Assembly: GCA_028336245.1 (NCBI GenBank) | Contig: JAOKTT010000004.1 | Span: 962 to 64,961 of the forward strand | Direction: 5' to 3' | Length of the DNA: 64,000 nt | DNA from: Polaribacter sp. | Lineage (GTDB): Bacteria > Bacteroidota > Bacteroidia > Flavobacteriales > Flavobacteriaceae | Shown: one piece after another, positions 30,559 through 42,496 of the stretch | How positions within the stretch are numbered: the stretch's first letter is position 1 | Layout of the letters: every line of letters starts with the position of its first letter | The notes under the pieces: generated by a model | Databases searched by the model: none | What the model saw: only the letters and a program-made list of their open reading frames with translations | What the model was told of the DNA's origin: nothing | Position numbers and translations under genes: made by a program

Positions 30559-32475
30559 CTAATCTACATTGTCGTGTAAAAAGGAATTATTGGATTTGAA
30601 ATCTAAATTTTCACCTGTTTGAATTGCCGTTTTTGTCTTACTAATAGGTGCATTTACACTCAGATCTAGTCCTTGTCTTTTATAGGCAGGCTGACGTTCA
30701 ATTTCATCTATATTCTTACTAAGTTGATCATTAAATTTATAGTTAAATCCTTTCATTTTTTCGCGTCTCTCCTGCGCTCTTTTCTGAAGTTCAACGATGG
30801 TTAAATCTAAAGGAGAAACTTCTTCACTCTTGGTTTCAATGGTGTTAATCTCTGCCTGCGGCAGTATTGTTTTTAATTCAAACTGAACGGTGTCTTCCAC
30901 TGTTTCAACCTGTATTGCTTTTGTTGCTATCTCAGAACTTTTACCAATGGTTGGCTTTGCATCAAAATCTTCTAATACAAAACGTGTTTCTTGCACCTGA
31001 TGCCCCAAAACAATTTCTTCTGCTCCAAAAACCTCAATATTATTAACATCCACTGGCACTTCTTCATTGAGTGTATACTTTACTTCTTCCGCTACCTTAA
31101 CTTCTGTATACGTGTTTAGTGGTAAATCAAATAATAAATCTGCTTTTATTTGGTGTGGCTCCTCAGCAATTTCCTCAACTTCAGGAGTGATGTCCGTGAT
31201 AATAAAATCTTCTTCAGAAACCGTATCCAAAGTTACCACATCATCAGAAACAACGCTGTTTTCTATCTCTTCTGAAGTAGGGATTGTATCCATCTCGGGA
31301 TTCAACTTCACGACTTCTTCTTCATTATCTTCCACTAAAGTATGTACTATTTTCTCATCCCGCCCTGCCGCTATTGGCTGGTCTATGGCAGTGTCAACAG
31401 ACATCGTTTTTTGCTCAAAATTATAGGTGGCCTTTTGCTCATCTTCTAGAGTATGTACAATTTTTTTAACCTCTGTATTTGTAATTGTACTTTGCTGATC
31501 TTTCGCAAAACCAGTCGCCACGATTGTTACAGCAATAGCATCACCTAGCTCTTCGTCCTCACCAATACCCATAATAATATTGGCATCATAACCCGCTTCA
31601 TCCTGAATAAAATCGTTGATTTCCCCTATTTCATCTAAAGTAACTTCATTGGTACCAGAAACAATTAACAACAGTACATTTTTAGCACCCGTAATTTTAT
31701 TATCGTTCAATAATGGGGAATCTAATGCCTTTACAATCGCCGTTTTTGCTCTATCTACTCCCGCTTCTTTGGCAGAACCCATGATCGCAGTTCCACTATT
31801 AGAAAGGACCGTCTTAGCATCATGTAAATCAATATTTTGCTTATAATGGTGTGTAATTACCTCTGCAATTCCACGAGAAGCGGTAGCTAAAACTTCATCA
31901 GCCTTAGAAAAACCAGCTTTAAAACCAAGGTTCCCATACACCTCTCTTAATTTGTTATTGTTGATGACAATTAAAGAATCTACATTTTGACGCAATTGAT
32001 CGATTCCTAATTGTGCTTGTGAAGAGCGTCTTCTTCCCTCAAAGGCAAACGGCATCGTTACAATACCTACCGTAAGGATGTCCATATCCTTAGCAATTTT
32101 AGCAATAATTGGTGCTGCCCCTGTTCCGGTTCCACCACCCATTCCCGCAGTTATAAAAACCATTTTTGTTTGGTTATTTAACATTTGCTGAATCTCCTGC
32201 ATACTCTCTTTTGCTGCTTGTGCACCAATTTCTGGATTGGCACCTGCCCCTAAACCAGAAGTAAGATTTGCTCCTAATTGAATTTTATTAGGAACTGGAC
32301 TATTTTCTAAAGCTTGTGCATCTGTATTACAAATTACAAAATCTACACCTCTAATTTGCTGTGTATACATGTGATTTACTGCATTGCTTCCGCCACCACC
32401 AACACCAATTACTTTAATAGTATTTGATTGGGTTTTTGGCATGTCAAATAAAATGTTATCGAATTCTGCGCTCAT
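30559..32475 (-). CDS. ftsZ: Cell division protein FtsZ (long acidic linker)
   Basis: [17 protein letters not shown] tubulin signature, PAYKRQ and FLHDNVD tail. Confidence 0.97.
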   Translation of the reverse strand: MSAEFDNILFDMPKTQSNTIKVIGVGGGGSNAVNHMYTQQIRGVDFVICNTDAQALENSPVPNKIQLGANLTSGLGAGANPEIGAQAAKESMQEIQQMLNNQTKMVFITAGMGGGTGTGAAPIIAKIAKDMDILTVGIVTMPFAFEGRRRSSQAQLGIDQLRQNVDSLIVINNNKLREVYGNLGFKAGFSKADEVLATASRGIAEVITHHYKQNIDLHDAKTVLSNSGTAIMGSAKEAGVDRAKTAIVKALDSPLLNDNKITGAKNVLLLIVSGTNEVTLDEIGEINDFIQDEAGYDANIIMGIGEDEELGDAIAVTIVATGFAKDQQSTITNTEVKKIVHTLEDEQKATYNFEQKTMSVDTAIDQPIAAGRDEKIVHTLVEDNEEEVVKLNPEMDTIPTSEEIENSVVSDDVVTLDTVSEEDFIITDITPEVEEIAEEPHQIKADLLFDLPLNTYTEVKVAEEVKYTLNEEVPVDVNNIEVFGAEEIVLGHQVQETRFVLEDFDAKPTIGKSSEIATKAIQVETVEDTVQFELKTILPQAEINTIETKSEEVSPLDLTIVELQKRAQERREKMKGFNYKFNDQLSKNIDEIERQPAYKRQGLDLSVNAPISKTKTAIQTGENLDFKSNNSFLHDNVD

Positions 32476-32571
32476 AATAACGTCTCTATTATAATTTAAT
32501 ATTTTCTTATTTCCTCTTTTTTGCTACTTTACTTAGAAAGCAACTTGCTTGCCACATACGTTTCCTCTTTG

Positions 32572-33894
32572 TTACTCTGCGTTGTCTAGAAAGTCTTTTA
32601 AGCTTTCTATAAACTTCTCAAAGAAGGGTCTTTTTTTTACGGGCCTTGGTGTTTCTTCTTGTGGTTTAGATATTTCCTCCTGTGCATTTCCAGCATCCTC
32701 TATAACCTCTTCAAGAACCGCTTCCTCTTTAAATTCTTTACTTAGACCTTCCATTAACAAACCAACAGCGGTCGCATATGCAGGACTTGACAATGCCTCA
32801 TCTGAATCGCCTGCTAAATGTTCGTTAGGAAATCCAACTCTAGCATCCATGCCTGTAATGTACTCTACTAACTGCCGTAAGTGCTTTAATTGCGCGCCTC
32901 CGCCTGTTAACACAATTCCTGCAATCAATTTTCCCTTTGCAGTCTCATGTCCATAATTCTTTATCTCTAAATACACATGCTCTATAATCTCCTGAACTCT
33001 TGCATGTATAATTTTAGATAAATTCTTTAATGTTATTTCTTTGGGCTCTCTTCCTCTTAATCCTGGAATAGAAACAATTTCTGTTTCTTTATTTTCTCCA
33101 GGCCAGGCAGAACCAAACTTAATTTTCAAAAGTTCTGCTTGCTTTTCTATAATGGAACAGCCTTCTTTTATATCATCCGTAATTACATTTCCTCCAAAAG
33201 GAATGACCGCGGTATGTCTAATAATTCCGTCTTTAAAAATTGCTAAATCTGTTGTACCCCCACCAATATCAATTAAGGCAACTCCAGCTTCTTTCTCTTC
33301 TAAACTTAATACTGCCGCGGCAGAAGCTAAAGGTTCTAAGGTAATATCACTTAAATCTAAGCCTGCACTTTTCACACAACGACCAATATTTCTAATAGAT
33401 GAAACTTGTCCAACAACCACGTGAAAATTGGCTTCTAAACGACCCCCATACATGCCAATGGGCTCTTTTATATCTGCTTGAGAATCTACTTTAAACTCTT
33501 GTGGTAGCACATGAATAATTTCTTCTCCTGGCAACATCACTAATTTGTGCACTTGATTTACTAAATTCTCGATATCCGCCTCGTCAATGACCTCATCAGC
33601 ATTGTTCCTGGTAATATAATCTGAGTGATGTAAACTTCTAATATGTTGTCCTGCAATACCGACAATCACATCTTCTATCTTAATACCAGAGACACTTTCT
33701 GCTTCCTCTACAGCTTGTTGTATAGACTGGATTGTTTGCGTGATATTACTAACAACACCGCGCTTTACTCCTAAACTTTTTGCTTTTCCAATACCTACAA
33801 CTTCTATTTTGTCATATTCGTTTTTACGACCGATCATGGCAATAATTTTGGTAGTACCAATATCTAAACCAACAGCTATTTTATTGTCTTCCAT
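32572..33894 (-). CDS. ftsA: Cell division protein FtsA
   Basis: GLDIGTTKI, DIGGGTTD, VLTGGG; dcw position. Confidence 0.96.
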   Translation of the reverse strand: MEDNKIAVGLDIGTTKIIAMIGRKNEYDKIEVVGIGKAKSLGVKRGVVSNITQTIQSIQQAVEEAESVSGIKIEDVIVGIAGQHIRSLHHSDYITRNNADEVIDEADIENLVNQVHKLVMLPGEEIIHVLPQEFKVDSQADIKEPIGMYGGRLEANFHVVVGQVSSIRNIGRCVKSAGLDLSDITLEPLASAAAVLSLEEKEAGVALIDIGGGTTDLAIFKDGIIRHTAVIPFGGNVITDDIKEGCSIIEKQAELLKIKFGSAWPGENKETEIVSIPGLRGREPKEITLKNLSKIIHARVQEIIEHVYLEIKNYGHETAKGKLIAGIVLTGGGAQLKHLRQLVEYITGMDARVGFPNEHLAGDSDEALSSPAYATAVGLLMEGLSKEFKEEAVLEEVIEDAGNAQEEISKPQEETPRPVKKRPFFEKFIESLKDFLDNAE

Positions 33895-33900
33895 TTTCAC

Positions 33901-34626
33901 TTATTTTGTGCACACAACTTGGTTGTGATATTTTAGAGTAATCCTTTTATAATCTTGTATCGTTTTATTTTTAAAAGTGGTATTGTAAAACGCTTTTAAC
34001 ATGCTAAATTTTGTTTTCACCCTTTCTAAATTTCCAAAATCGACTTTGTAATCTCCGCTTCTTACTGAAAACTGAAATGCACCATCATCAGATTTAAGAA
34101 TTCCTACAACCTCTTTCTGCAGAAAATCATCTTCTAAAATAACCGATATCAATGGCAAAACCAATCGAATATCTGCTGCGCTTTCAACACCAGAAACCAA
34201 CAACACCCGCGCGGAATAATTTTCCGACAAAGGTACTTTTACACCTTGTTTGTCAATATAATAGGACGTTTTCCCTCCTATAATTCTAGCAACTGGAACC
34301 CGTTGTTTTATCTTTGATTTCAGCACCCCATCAATCGTTAAAAAAACGGCCGCTTTTTCAACATATGGATTTTCAGAAACCTTCTTTTCTAGACTGTATA
34401 AATCTATCACAGATTTTGGTTGATTTATCACTGTTTTATTATTTTGTATTAACAATTTATTAACCATTGTATGGGTTAAAAAATTACTCTTATTTACCTG
34501 AAAACTAACTCGAACTTCCGCTATTTTTTTAACGCCATTCCTCATTGAAGTAAAACTATATAAAAAGCTCAAAAACCCAATAAAACCAATAAAAAAAAGA
34601 TACTTTAAGCTTCTTCTAAACCTCAT
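33901..34626 (-). CDS. ftsQ: Cell division protein FtsQ/DivIB
   Basis: Single N-terminal TM, POTRA-like region, YHNQVVCTK end; between murC and ftsA. Confidence 0.85.
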   Translation of the reverse strand: MRFRRSLKYLFFIGFIGFLSFLYSFTSMRNGVKKIAEVRVSFQVNKSNFLTHTMVNKLLIQNNKTVINQPKSVIDLYSLEKKVSENPYVEKAAVFLTIDGVLKSKIKQRVPVARIIGGKTSYYIDKQGVKVPLSENYSARVLLVSGVESAADIRLVLPLISVILEDDFLQKEVVGILKSDDGAFQFSVRSGDYKVDFGNLERVKTKFSMLKAFYNTTFKNKTIQDYKRITLKYHNQVVCTK

Positions 34627-35968
34627 GATTTGCTGCTTTTAAAAGTTCATTTGACACCTCATCTGCCAACACACCAATGTCCCCTGCACCCAACATAACA
34701 ACTACTTTTCCTGAGAAATTATTAATATCTTTTAGTAGATTATTTTTTTGTGTCAATTTTTTATGCGGATTTTTAATTTTACTCAAAAGCCAGTTTGAAT
34801 CGACTCCAGGGATAGGAATTTCTCTTGCCGGGTAAATATCTAACAACAAAATAGCATCGAACTTATTTAAAGCCAATGCAAAATCGTCAATAAAATCTCT
34901 TGTCCTTGAATACAAGTGCGGTTGAAAAACAACCAAAACTTCTGTCTCTGGATACATTTCTCTTACAGCATTCTCAACAGCACTAATAGCGGTTGGATGG
35001 TGGGCATAATCGTCAATCAAAACAAAGTTTTCAGTTTTAATTTTATAGGAAAACCTGCGTGCTACGCCTTTGAAAGTTCCTAAACATTTTTTAATGTTTG
35101 CTAACGAAACCCCATACACGTCGGCCATTGCTATGGCTGCTAGTGCATTCATAATATTATGGCGTCCGGGAAGGTCAAATGAAATATTTTCAATTTTTGA
35201 ATTTGGGGTCTCTGCGTCAAAAATACAGCTACCACCTTCAATTCTTAGATTGAATGCTCGGTAATCTGCGGCCGTATCAATTGCATATGTCAAGCCTTTT
35301 AAAGGCAATCCTTTTGCTACGATTAGCGTGTCCGAAACCAGCTCTGAGAACGCTACAAAAGAATCCGTTACTGCTTCTGGACTTTCATAAATATCTAAAT
35401 GATCCGCATCCATAGAGGTTACACAGGCAATATTAGGACTTAATTGCAAAAAAGAGCGATCAAATTCATCTGCCTCTACCACACTAATTTCAGTTCCTCC
35501 TAAAATTAAATTAGTGTTATAGTTTTCCGCAATTCCGCCTAAAAAAGAGGTTGCTTTGGCGGTGGCCATGATATGACCTAAAATTGAAGAAGTTGTAGTT
35601 TTTCCGTGTGTCCCTGCTACAGCTAAACAGAAGGTATTTTTCGTTATTTCACCTAAGATTTCAGCTCTTTTTCGCACGGTAAACTGCTGCGCTAAAAAGT
35701 AATTAAGCTGTGCGTTATTTTCTGAAACTGCCGGTGTATAAACAACCAGTGTGTTCTCTTTATCTAAAAAAGGCGGCAAAATATTTTTTACCACATCCTC
35801 AAAATTAATGGCTACTCCTAAATGTTCTAGCTCCATTGTAATCTTAGAAGGTGTTTTATCATAACCTGCTATTTTTTTTCCGTTCGCAGCAAAATAACGT
35901 GCAATTGCACTCATTCCGATGCCTCCAATTCCCACAAAATAAACGGTATGTATCTCTTTTAAATTCAA
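34616..35968 (-). CDS. murC: UDP-N-acetylmuramate--L-alanine ligase
   Basis: [44 protein letters not shown]. Confidence 0.96.
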   Translation of the reverse strand: MNLKEIHTVYFVGIGGIGMSAIARYFAANGKKIAGYDKTPSKITMELEHLGVAINFEDVVKNILPPFLDKENTLVVYTPAVSENNAQLNYFLAQQFTVRKRAEILGEITKNTFCLAVAGTHGKTTTSSILGHIMATAKATSFLGGIAENYNTNLILGGTEISVVEADEFDRSFLQLSPNIACVTSMDADHLDIYESPEAVTDSFVAFSELVSDTLIVAKGLPLKGLTYAIDTAADYRAFNLRIEGGSCIFDAETPNSKIENISFDLPGRHNIMNALAAIAMADVYGVSLANIKKCLGTFKGVARRFSYKIKTENFVLIDDYAHHPTAISAVENAVREMYPETEVLVVFQPHLYSRTRDFIDDFALALNKFDAILLLDIYPAREIPIPGVDSNWLLSKIKNPHKKLTQKNNLLKDINNFSGKVVVMLGAGDIGVLADEVSNELLKAANHEV

Positions 35969-37059
35969 TTATTTATCAATTTTTCAACTTCATCAACAAT
36001 GTCTTTGGTTGCTCCGGGAAGCGCCAAACTTTTTATATTTTCGGACAAACTTTCCAATTTCCCAACATCCTTTATCAACGATTCAAAAACTACAGGAAAA
36101 GTATCTAAATCTGATTCCGATATTAGGATTGCAGCATGCTTCTCAACAATGGATTTTGCATTCTTTGTTTGATGATCTTCTGCCACATTTGGTGATGGAA
36201 TAAAAAGTACTGGCTTTCCAACAATACAAAGTTCAGAAACAGAACTTGCACCGGCTCTAGAAACTATAATATCGGCAACTGCATATGCATAATCCATCCT
36301 ATTTATAAATTCATGTACCTGCACATTTGCTCGCATATTGTGTTTTTTATAGGCTTCAAAATATATTTTACCACACTGCCAAATCACTTGAATCTCTTTA
36401 CTTTCAAAAAAATCAAGATTAATTTCTACAAATTCATTTATTTTTCTAGCGCCTAAACTTCCGCCAAGAATTAAAAGTGTTTTCTTTCTTTTATTTATTT
36501 CAAAGAAAGACTGCCCATCCTCCCTCTTGAAATGGATAGACAACAAATCCTGTCGCACCGGATTTCCTGTTTTTATCATTTTATTCCCCGGAAAGAAACG
36601 CTCTAAATGATCGTATGCAACACAAATCTTTTTTGCCTTCTTACTTAATAATTTGTTGGTAATTCCTGGATACGAATTCTGTTCTTGTATCAGTGTAGGA
36701 ATTCCTTTCCTACCCGCCATGATGAGTATTGGACCACTGGCAAAACCTCCTGTACCAATTGCAATATCTGGCTTAAATTTCCGAATTATTTTAGCTGCTC
36801 TAAACAAACTGTGTATCAGTTTAAAAATAAAAGATATATTTTTAAAAGTTATTTTTCTATGAATACCAGCAATCCACAATCCTTTAATTTCATATCCTGC
36901 CTGTGGTACTTTCTCCATTTCCATTTTATCCTTTGCACCCACAAATAGAAATTCAGCATCAGGATATCTCACTTTTATCTCATTTGCAATTGCAATTGCA
37001 GGATAAATGTGACCTCCTGTTCCACCTCCAGAAACTAGTATGCGTAGCGAATTTTTCAT
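35965..37059 (-). CDS. murG: Undecaprenyl-PP-MurNAc-pentapeptide GlcNAc transferase
   Basis: [36 protein letters not shown]. Confidence 0.96.
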   Translation of the reverse strand: MKNSLRILVSGGGTGGHIYPAIAIANEIKVRYPDAEFLFVGAKDKMEMEKVPQAGYEIKGLWIAGIHRKITFKNISFIFKLIHSLFRAAKIIRKFKPDIAIGTGGFASGPILIMAGRKGIPTLIQEQNSYPGITNKLLSKKAKKICVAYDHLERFFPGNKMIKTGNPVRQDLLSIHFKREDGQSFFEINKRKKTLLILGGSLGARKINEFVEINLDFFESKEIQVIWQCGKIYFEAYKKHNMRANVQVHEFINRMDYAYAVADIIVSRAGASSVSELCIVGKPVLFIPSPNVAEDHQTKNAKSIVEKHAAILISESDLDTFPVVFESLIKDVGKLESLSENIKSLALPGATKDIVDEVEKLINN

Positions 37060-37126
37060 AGATATTTGCTATTTTAAGAATCGGTTATGAGTGCTTTTGT
37101 ACAGCATAATTTTTAAAAAATTTTTA

Positions 37127-38317
37127 TTAGATGGTTTCATGCAATATATCTAATGGATTATCATCTAAAATATCCTCTTCTGTTTCCTGTTTAGAGGCAC
37201 TCACACTTAAAATCATTCCAAGCGCAAAGCAAGTCATCCATATCGAAGTTCCTCCACTACTAATTAACGGCAACGTTTGGCCGGTTACCGGAAATAAACT
37301 TGTGGCCACTGCCATATTTATGGTTGCTTGAAAAACAATAGGTAAACCGACTCCAATGACTAATAACATCCCAAAAACGGTAGCGGTTGTCCTTAAAACA
37401 ACAAAGACTCTAAAAAGCAATAAGAAATAGATAAAAATAACTAAAACTGCACCTAAAAGACCATATTCCTCAACAATAATCGCATAAATAAAATCTGATG
37501 ACGATTGTGGTAAAAAGTTTTTCTGTATACTTTTCCCTGGACCAACTCCCAAGGGACCTCCTGTTGCAATGGCTATTTTAGCCTTTTCAACTTGATATGC
37601 GTCTTTGCCTTCTGCACTTGAAAAACTAACGATTCTACTTTGCCATGTTTGTACTCTATTTGGCATTGCATCTGGAAAAGCTTTGGCTATTAACACAAAA
37701 AAAGACAGCGCTAAAATTCCGGTAGCTAAGATAAATCCAATATATTTTAAGGGATATCCCCCCACAAAAACAAGGACCAAAATCATGGTGAAAATAATTG
37801 CCGTTGTTGAGAAATTCGCTGGTAAAATTAAAAACAAAACCAACCCTACTGGCAACCACAATTGTATTAAGCTCTGTTTAAAAATAATTTCTTTTTCTTT
37901 ATTTCTAGCTAAATATCTTGCGACAAACACCATTAAAACAAGACCTGCCAAAGTAGAGGTCTGAAAACCAATACCTACAAAAGGGATGCGGATCCACCGA
38001 CTTGCATTTGCACCACTGATCATCGTTCCTTGTGCCAAGGTATATATTAACAAAACAATTACAATGGGCATCATTAAAACAGATCCTCCAGAGAAATATC
38101 GGTACGGAATTTTGTGCACTCCATAGAGCACTGCAAATCCCATAATTAATAAAACCATATGCTTCACTAAATATCCAAATGTAGAACCAGCGCCTACAAC
38201 ATAGACCAAGTTGGTACTTGCACTATATACAGGCATAAATGAGAAAATTGCCAAAGCTGCAAAAATTGCCCAAATAGTTCTATCTCCTTTTATATGTTGA
38301 AAGATCTTTTTCATCAA
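37127..38317 (-). CDS. ftsW: SEDS peptidoglycan polymerase FtsW
   Basis: ASRWI, LPQSSSDFIYAIIVEEYG, LPLISSGGTS; dcw position. Confidence 0.92.
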   Translation of the reverse strand: MMKKIFQHIKGDRTIWAIFAALAIFSFMPVYSASTNLVYVVGAGSTFGYLVKHMVLLIMGFAVLYGVHKIPYRYFSGGSVLMMPIVIVLLIYTLAQGTMISGANASRWIRIPFVGIGFQTSTLAGLVLMVFVARYLARNKEKEIIFKQSLIQLWLPVGLVLFLILPANFSTTAIIFTMILVLVFVGGYPLKYIGFILATGILALSFFVLIAKAFPDAMPNRVQTWQSRIVSFSSAEGKDAYQVEKAKIAIATGGPLGVGPGKSIQKNFLPQSSSDFIYAIIVEEYGLLGAVLVIFIYFLLLFRVFVVLRTTATVFGMLLVIGVGLPIVFQATINMAVATSLFPVTGQTLPLISSGGTSIWMTCFALGMILSVSASKQETEEDILDDNPLDILHETI

Positions 38318-38378
38318 AGATTACTTAATTCTTAGTGTTTTAAATTTCCATTAAATAAAGCACAGGTGCTTCAGTTTT

Positions 38379-39761
38379 TTAAAGATTTCTTACAGCATCT
38401 TTAAACTGACGTCCTCTGTCCTCGTAATTCTCAAACAAATCGAAACTTGCGCATGCTGGAGAGAGCAAGACAGCATCTCCATTTTCTGATAATTTGTGTG
38501 CTACTTTTACGGCCTCTTCTGCTCCTGCTGTTTCCACAACAATATCCACAACATTGCCAAACATGTCTTTTATTTTTTGATTGTCAAGGCCTAAACAAAC
38601 AATTGCTTTTACCTTTTCTCTCACCAACGGTAATAAGTCGCTATAATCATTTCCTTTATCAACGCCCCCAACAATCCATACAGTTTGACGATCCATACAT
38701 TCTAAAGCATAAAAAGTTGCATTTATATTTGTTGCTTTTGAGTCGTTAATATATTCTACACCTTTTACTTTTGCAACGTTCTCTAATCGATGCTCAACTC
38801 CTTCAAAATTGGACAAACTTTCTTTGATTGCCTCTTTTCTAATCTGTAATAACTGTGCAGCCATTGTTGCTGCCATTGTGTTTTTAACGTTGTGTTTTCC
38901 TTTTACTGCTAAAGTTGATATTGGCATCTTGAATGTGTCTTTATTAATATTGATTATTATAGTATTATCCTTTAAGAAAGCGCCATATGCGAGTTCTTTT
39001 TTTAATGAAAATGGTAGTAGTTTTGCTTTTGTATTGTTATCTTTTAACCAGGTATTGATCGCCTCGTCATCTGCATCATAAATGAGGTAATCACTTGCTT
39101 TTTGATTTTTTGTGATTCTAAATTTTGAGGCAATGTATTTTTCAAAGTCGTAATCATACCTGTCCAAGTGGTCTGGCGTGATGTTTGTTAAAATTGCAAT
39201 GTGACAATTGAAATTTTCAATATCGTCTAACTGAAAACTACTTAACTCTACCACGTAATTTTCTCGAGAACCCTGTGCAATTTGCTTTGCGAAACTGATT
39301 CCTATATTACCTGCAATTCCTACATTTAATCCCGCATCTTTTAAAATATGATGCACCAACATTGTTGTCGTGGTTTTTCCATTCGAACCTGTAATTCCAA
39401 CAATCGTAGCATCGGTATACTTTGCCGCAAATTCAATTTCAGAAATCACAGAAATACCTTTCGCCTTTAACTTTAAAATCAACGGCATTGATCCCGGAAT
39501 TCCAGGACTTTTCATCACCACGTCTGCCACTAAAATTTTACTTTCCGTATGCTTGTTTTCTTCAAATGAAATTTCATTTTTTAAGAGCACTTCCTTAAAT
39601 TTATTCCCTATTTCGCCAGCATCGGAAACAAAAACCTCATATCCTTTTTGTTTTCCTAAAATAGCGGTTCCAACACCACTTTCACCACCACCAAGAACAA
39701 CAAGTTTCCCTGCTCCATAAGAGCTTGCAAAGGCTTGTTTATTTATTTCTTGGTTCTTCAT
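38379..39761 (-). CDS. murD: UDP-MurNAc-L-Ala--D-glutamate ligase
   Basis: ITGSNGKTTT, ELSSFQL, NDSKATN, LLSPACASFD. Confidence 0.96.
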   Translation of the reverse strand: MKNQEINKQAFASSYGAGKLVVLGGGESGVGTAILGKQKGYEVFVSDAGEIGNKFKEVLLKNEISFEENKHTESKILVADVVMKSPGIPGSMPLILKLKAKGISVISEIEFAAKYTDATIVGITGSNGKTTTTMLVHHILKDAGLNVGIAGNIGISFAKQIAQGSRENYVVELSSFQLDDIENFNCHIAILTNITPDHLDRYDYDFEKYIASKFRITKNQKASDYLIYDADDEAINTWLKDNNTKAKLLPFSLKKELAYGAFLKDNTIIININKDTFKMPISTLAVKGKHNVKNTMAATMAAQLLQIRKEAIKESLSNFEGVEHRLENVAKVKGVEYINDSKATNINATFYALECMDRQTVWIVGGVDKGNDYSDLLPLVREKVKAIVCLGLDNQKIKDMFGNVVDIVVETAGAEEAVKVAHKLSENGDAVLLSPACASFDLFENYEDRGRQFKDAVRNL

Positions 39762-39798
39762 TTCGATCGCTTGCTAAAATTTATTTATTGCTTCTTTT

Positions 39799-41025
39799 TT
39801 ACCTCAACTTGAGTGTTACAATTGTAAGCACTGCTAATAGAATCCCTATAATCCAAAAACGAACTACAATCTTACTTTCATGAAAGCTTAATTTTTGAAA
39901 ATGATGATGTAATGGTGCCATTCTAAAGACTCTTCTACCTGCCCCAAATTTATTTTTTGTGTATTTAAACCAAAAAATTTGAATGATTACTGACATATTT
40001 TCGATTACAAAAACCCCTGCGAGTATTGGCAATAGCAATTCTTTTCGAATTGCTATTGCAATCACTGCAATAATTCCACCAATCGTTAAACTCCCTGTAT
40101 CTCCCATAAATACCTGCGCAGGATATGTGTTATGCCAAAGAAAACCAATAAGTGCCCCTGCAAAAGCAAGAATGAAAACAGTCATTTCTCCAGAGTTTGG
40201 AATGTACATGACATCTAAATAATCTGCAAAAACAATATTCCCAGAAACCCATGCAAAAACAGCCAATGTGACCACCATAATTGCTGAAGAGCCCGCTGCC
40301 AAACCATCGATACCATCTGTTAAATTTGCACCGTTGGAAATACCAGTAACAATAAACACAACAATGAAAATAAAAACGATCCATCCGTATTGCTCATATC
40401 CTTCCCCTAAAAAACGAAGCGCTTTTGTATAGTCTAATTCATTATCTTTTAAAAAGGGAACCGTTGTTTTCGTTGATTTGTGTGCAGCTCCAAAAACTGT
40501 TGTTCTACCGTTTTCCTGGATTATTTGCTGCGCTGCTGGCAATTGCTCTTTAATCGTAACATCTTCATGAAAGTAAAGCATAGACCCCACAATAATTCCC
40601 AACCCTACTTGTCCAAGAACTTTGAACTTTCCTTTTAGGCCTGCTTTATCTTTTTTAAAGACTTTAATATAATCATCTAAAAAACCAATCAACCCCATCC
40701 AAACGGTTGTGATTATTAAAATAATGACATAAATATTATCTAATTTGGCTAATAAAAATACCGGAATCAAGGTGGCTAAAATAATAATGATCCCCCCCAT
40801 AGTTGGAGTACCTGCTTTTTGAATCTGACCCGCTAGCCCTAAATCTCTCACCGATTCTCCGACCTGTTGCTTTTGTAAGAATGCAATAATTCTTTTTCCA
40901 TTAATTGCAGAAATCAGCAATGATAAAATGAAAGCTGTAGCCGCTCTGAATGTAATAAATTGAAAGACACTAGCTCCTGGAAAACTAAATTGACTTTCTA
41001 AATATTCAAATAAATAATACAGCAT
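39799..41025 (-). CDS. mraY: Phospho-N-acetylmuramoyl-pentapeptide transferase
   Basis: [30 protein letters not shown]. Confidence 0.96.
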   Translation of the reverse strand: MLYYLFEYLESQFSFPGASVFQFITFRAATAFILSLLISAINGKRIIAFLQKQQVGESVRDLGLAGQIQKAGTPTMGGIIIILATLIPVFLLAKLDNIYVIILIITTVWMGLIGFLDDYIKVFKKDKAGLKGKFKVLGQVGLGIIVGSMLYFHEDVTIKEQLPAAQQIIQENGRTTVFGAAHKSTKTTVPFLKDNELDYTKALRFLGEGYEQYGWIVFIFIVVFIVTGISNGANLTDGIDGLAAGSSAIMVVTLAVFAWVSGNIVFADYLDVMYIPNSGEMTVFILAFAGALIGFLWHNTYPAQVFMGDTGSLTIGGIIAVIAIAIRKELLLPILAGVFVIENMSVIIQIFWFKYTKNKFGAGRRVFRMAPLHHHFQKLSFHESKIVVRFWIIGILLAVLTIVTLKLR

Positions 41026-41031
41026 TTTTTA

Positions 41032-42495
41032 TTAATTTTTTAGTTGATTAAAACAGTTTTTTATTTCCTCTAAATCATCAAAATGAGTTCGAACCTCATT
41101 TGTTTCTTGATAATTTTCATGCCCTTTTCCTGCGATGAGTATGATGTCCCCAGCCTCAGAAAACTTACAAGCCGTTTTAATCGCCTGCTTTCGATCTAAA
41201 ATGGTGAGTGTTTTTTTATGATTTTCTCCCGAAACGCCCGCTTCCATCTCTTCTAAAATAGTCTGTGGGTTTTCTGTTCTTGGATTGTCTGATGTAAAAA
41301 TTACTTGCGTGCTTAAGTGCGAAGCAATATGTGCCATTTTTGGTCTTTTTGTGGCATCCCGGTCGCCGCCGCAACCCACCACTGTAATCACTTTTTCAGC
41401 ACCCTTCTTAATGTCGTTGATGGTCTCTAAGACATTCTTCAAAGCGTCTGGGGTGTGTGCATAATCTATAATAGCCGTAACTCCATCTTGTGAAATCACA
41501 TATTCAAAACGACCACTTACACTCTCTAACTCACTCAGTAACGTTAAAACTTCCAACTTTTCTAAACCTAATAATTCTGCGGTTGCAATAATTGCTGTTG
41601 CATTATAAATATTAAAAACACCTATTAGTTTTGTCCAAACCTCGGTTCCCCCTACTGAGATCAGCGTCCCTGACAATTGTTTTTCTAAAATCTTAACTTT
41701 AAAATCGGCAGTCGTTTTTAAGGCATATGTTTTCTTTGTTGCTTTGGCATTTTGCAACATAAAATGTCCGTTTTTATCATCGATATTGGTAAGTGCAAAT
41801 GCAGATTTTGGCAATACATCAAAAAAGTGCTTTTTTACATTTCTATATTCTTCAAAAGTTTCATGATAATCTAAATGGTCATGAGAAAGATTGGTGAAAA
41901 TTCCACCAGCAAACGTTAATCCCTCCGTTCTTTTTTGATGAATTCCATGAGAACTCACTTCCATAAAACAAAAATCAACACCCGCAGCGATCATTTTATC
42001 TAAATACGAATTAATCGTAATAGAATCTGGAGTGGTATGTGTTGCTTTAAACTCCATTTCATCTACAAGCACCTTCACGGTAGATAGCAAGCCCACCTTA
42101 TATCCTGCCTTTTTAAATAATTGATACAATAGTGACGCTATTGTTGTTTTTCCATTCGTACCTGTCACCCCAATCAACGGAATTTTTGAAGAAGGATGGT
42201 CATAAAAATTTGAGGCCATAATTGAAAGTGCAGCTTTTGTATCCGCCACTTGAATGTATGTGATTCCTTCTTTTTTTTCTAAGGGAAAATCCTCGCAAAC
42301 AATTACAGTTGCACCCAAATCCAAAGCTGTAGCTATGTATAAATGACCGTCTACCAAAACTCCTTTTAAAGCAATAAAAACTGAATTTTGTGCTGTTTTT
42401 CTAGAATCAAAAACAAGATTCTTCACTCCAATATTCGTCGTACCAAAAACTTTAGTGATCGCAACGGTATACAATATGTCTTTTAAATTTTTCAG
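41032..42495 (-). CDS. murE: UDP-MurNAc-L-Ala-D-Glu--meso-DAP ligase
   Basis: VTGTNGKTT, EVSSHG, DYAHTPD, DNPR (DAP specificity), AGKGHE; start probably CTG at 42495 (KNLKDILY). Confidence 0.94.
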   Translation of the reverse strand: MKNLKDILYTVAITKVFGTTNIGVKNLVFDSRKTAQNSVFIALKGVLVDGHLYIATALDLGATVIVCEDFPLEKKEGITYIQVADTKAALSIMASNFYDHPSSKIPLIGVTGTNGKTTIASLLYQLFKKAGYKVGLLSTVKVLVDEMEFKATHTTPDSITINSYLDKMIAAGVDFCFMEVSSHGIHQKRTEGLTFAGGIFTNLSHDHLDYHETFEEYRNVKKHFFDVLPKSAFALTNIDDKNGHFMLQNAKATKKTYALKTTADFKVKILEKQLSGTLISVGGTEVWTKLIGVFNIYNATAIIATAELLGLEKLEVLTLLSELESVSGRFEYVISQDGVTAIIDYAHTPDALKNVLETINDIKKGAEKVITVVGCGGDRDATKRPKMAHIASHLSTQVIFTSDNPRTENPQTILEEMEAGVSGENHKKTLTILDRKQAIKTACKFSEAGDIILIAGKGHENYQETNEVRTHFDDLEEIKNCFNQLKN

Positions 42496-42496
42496 A

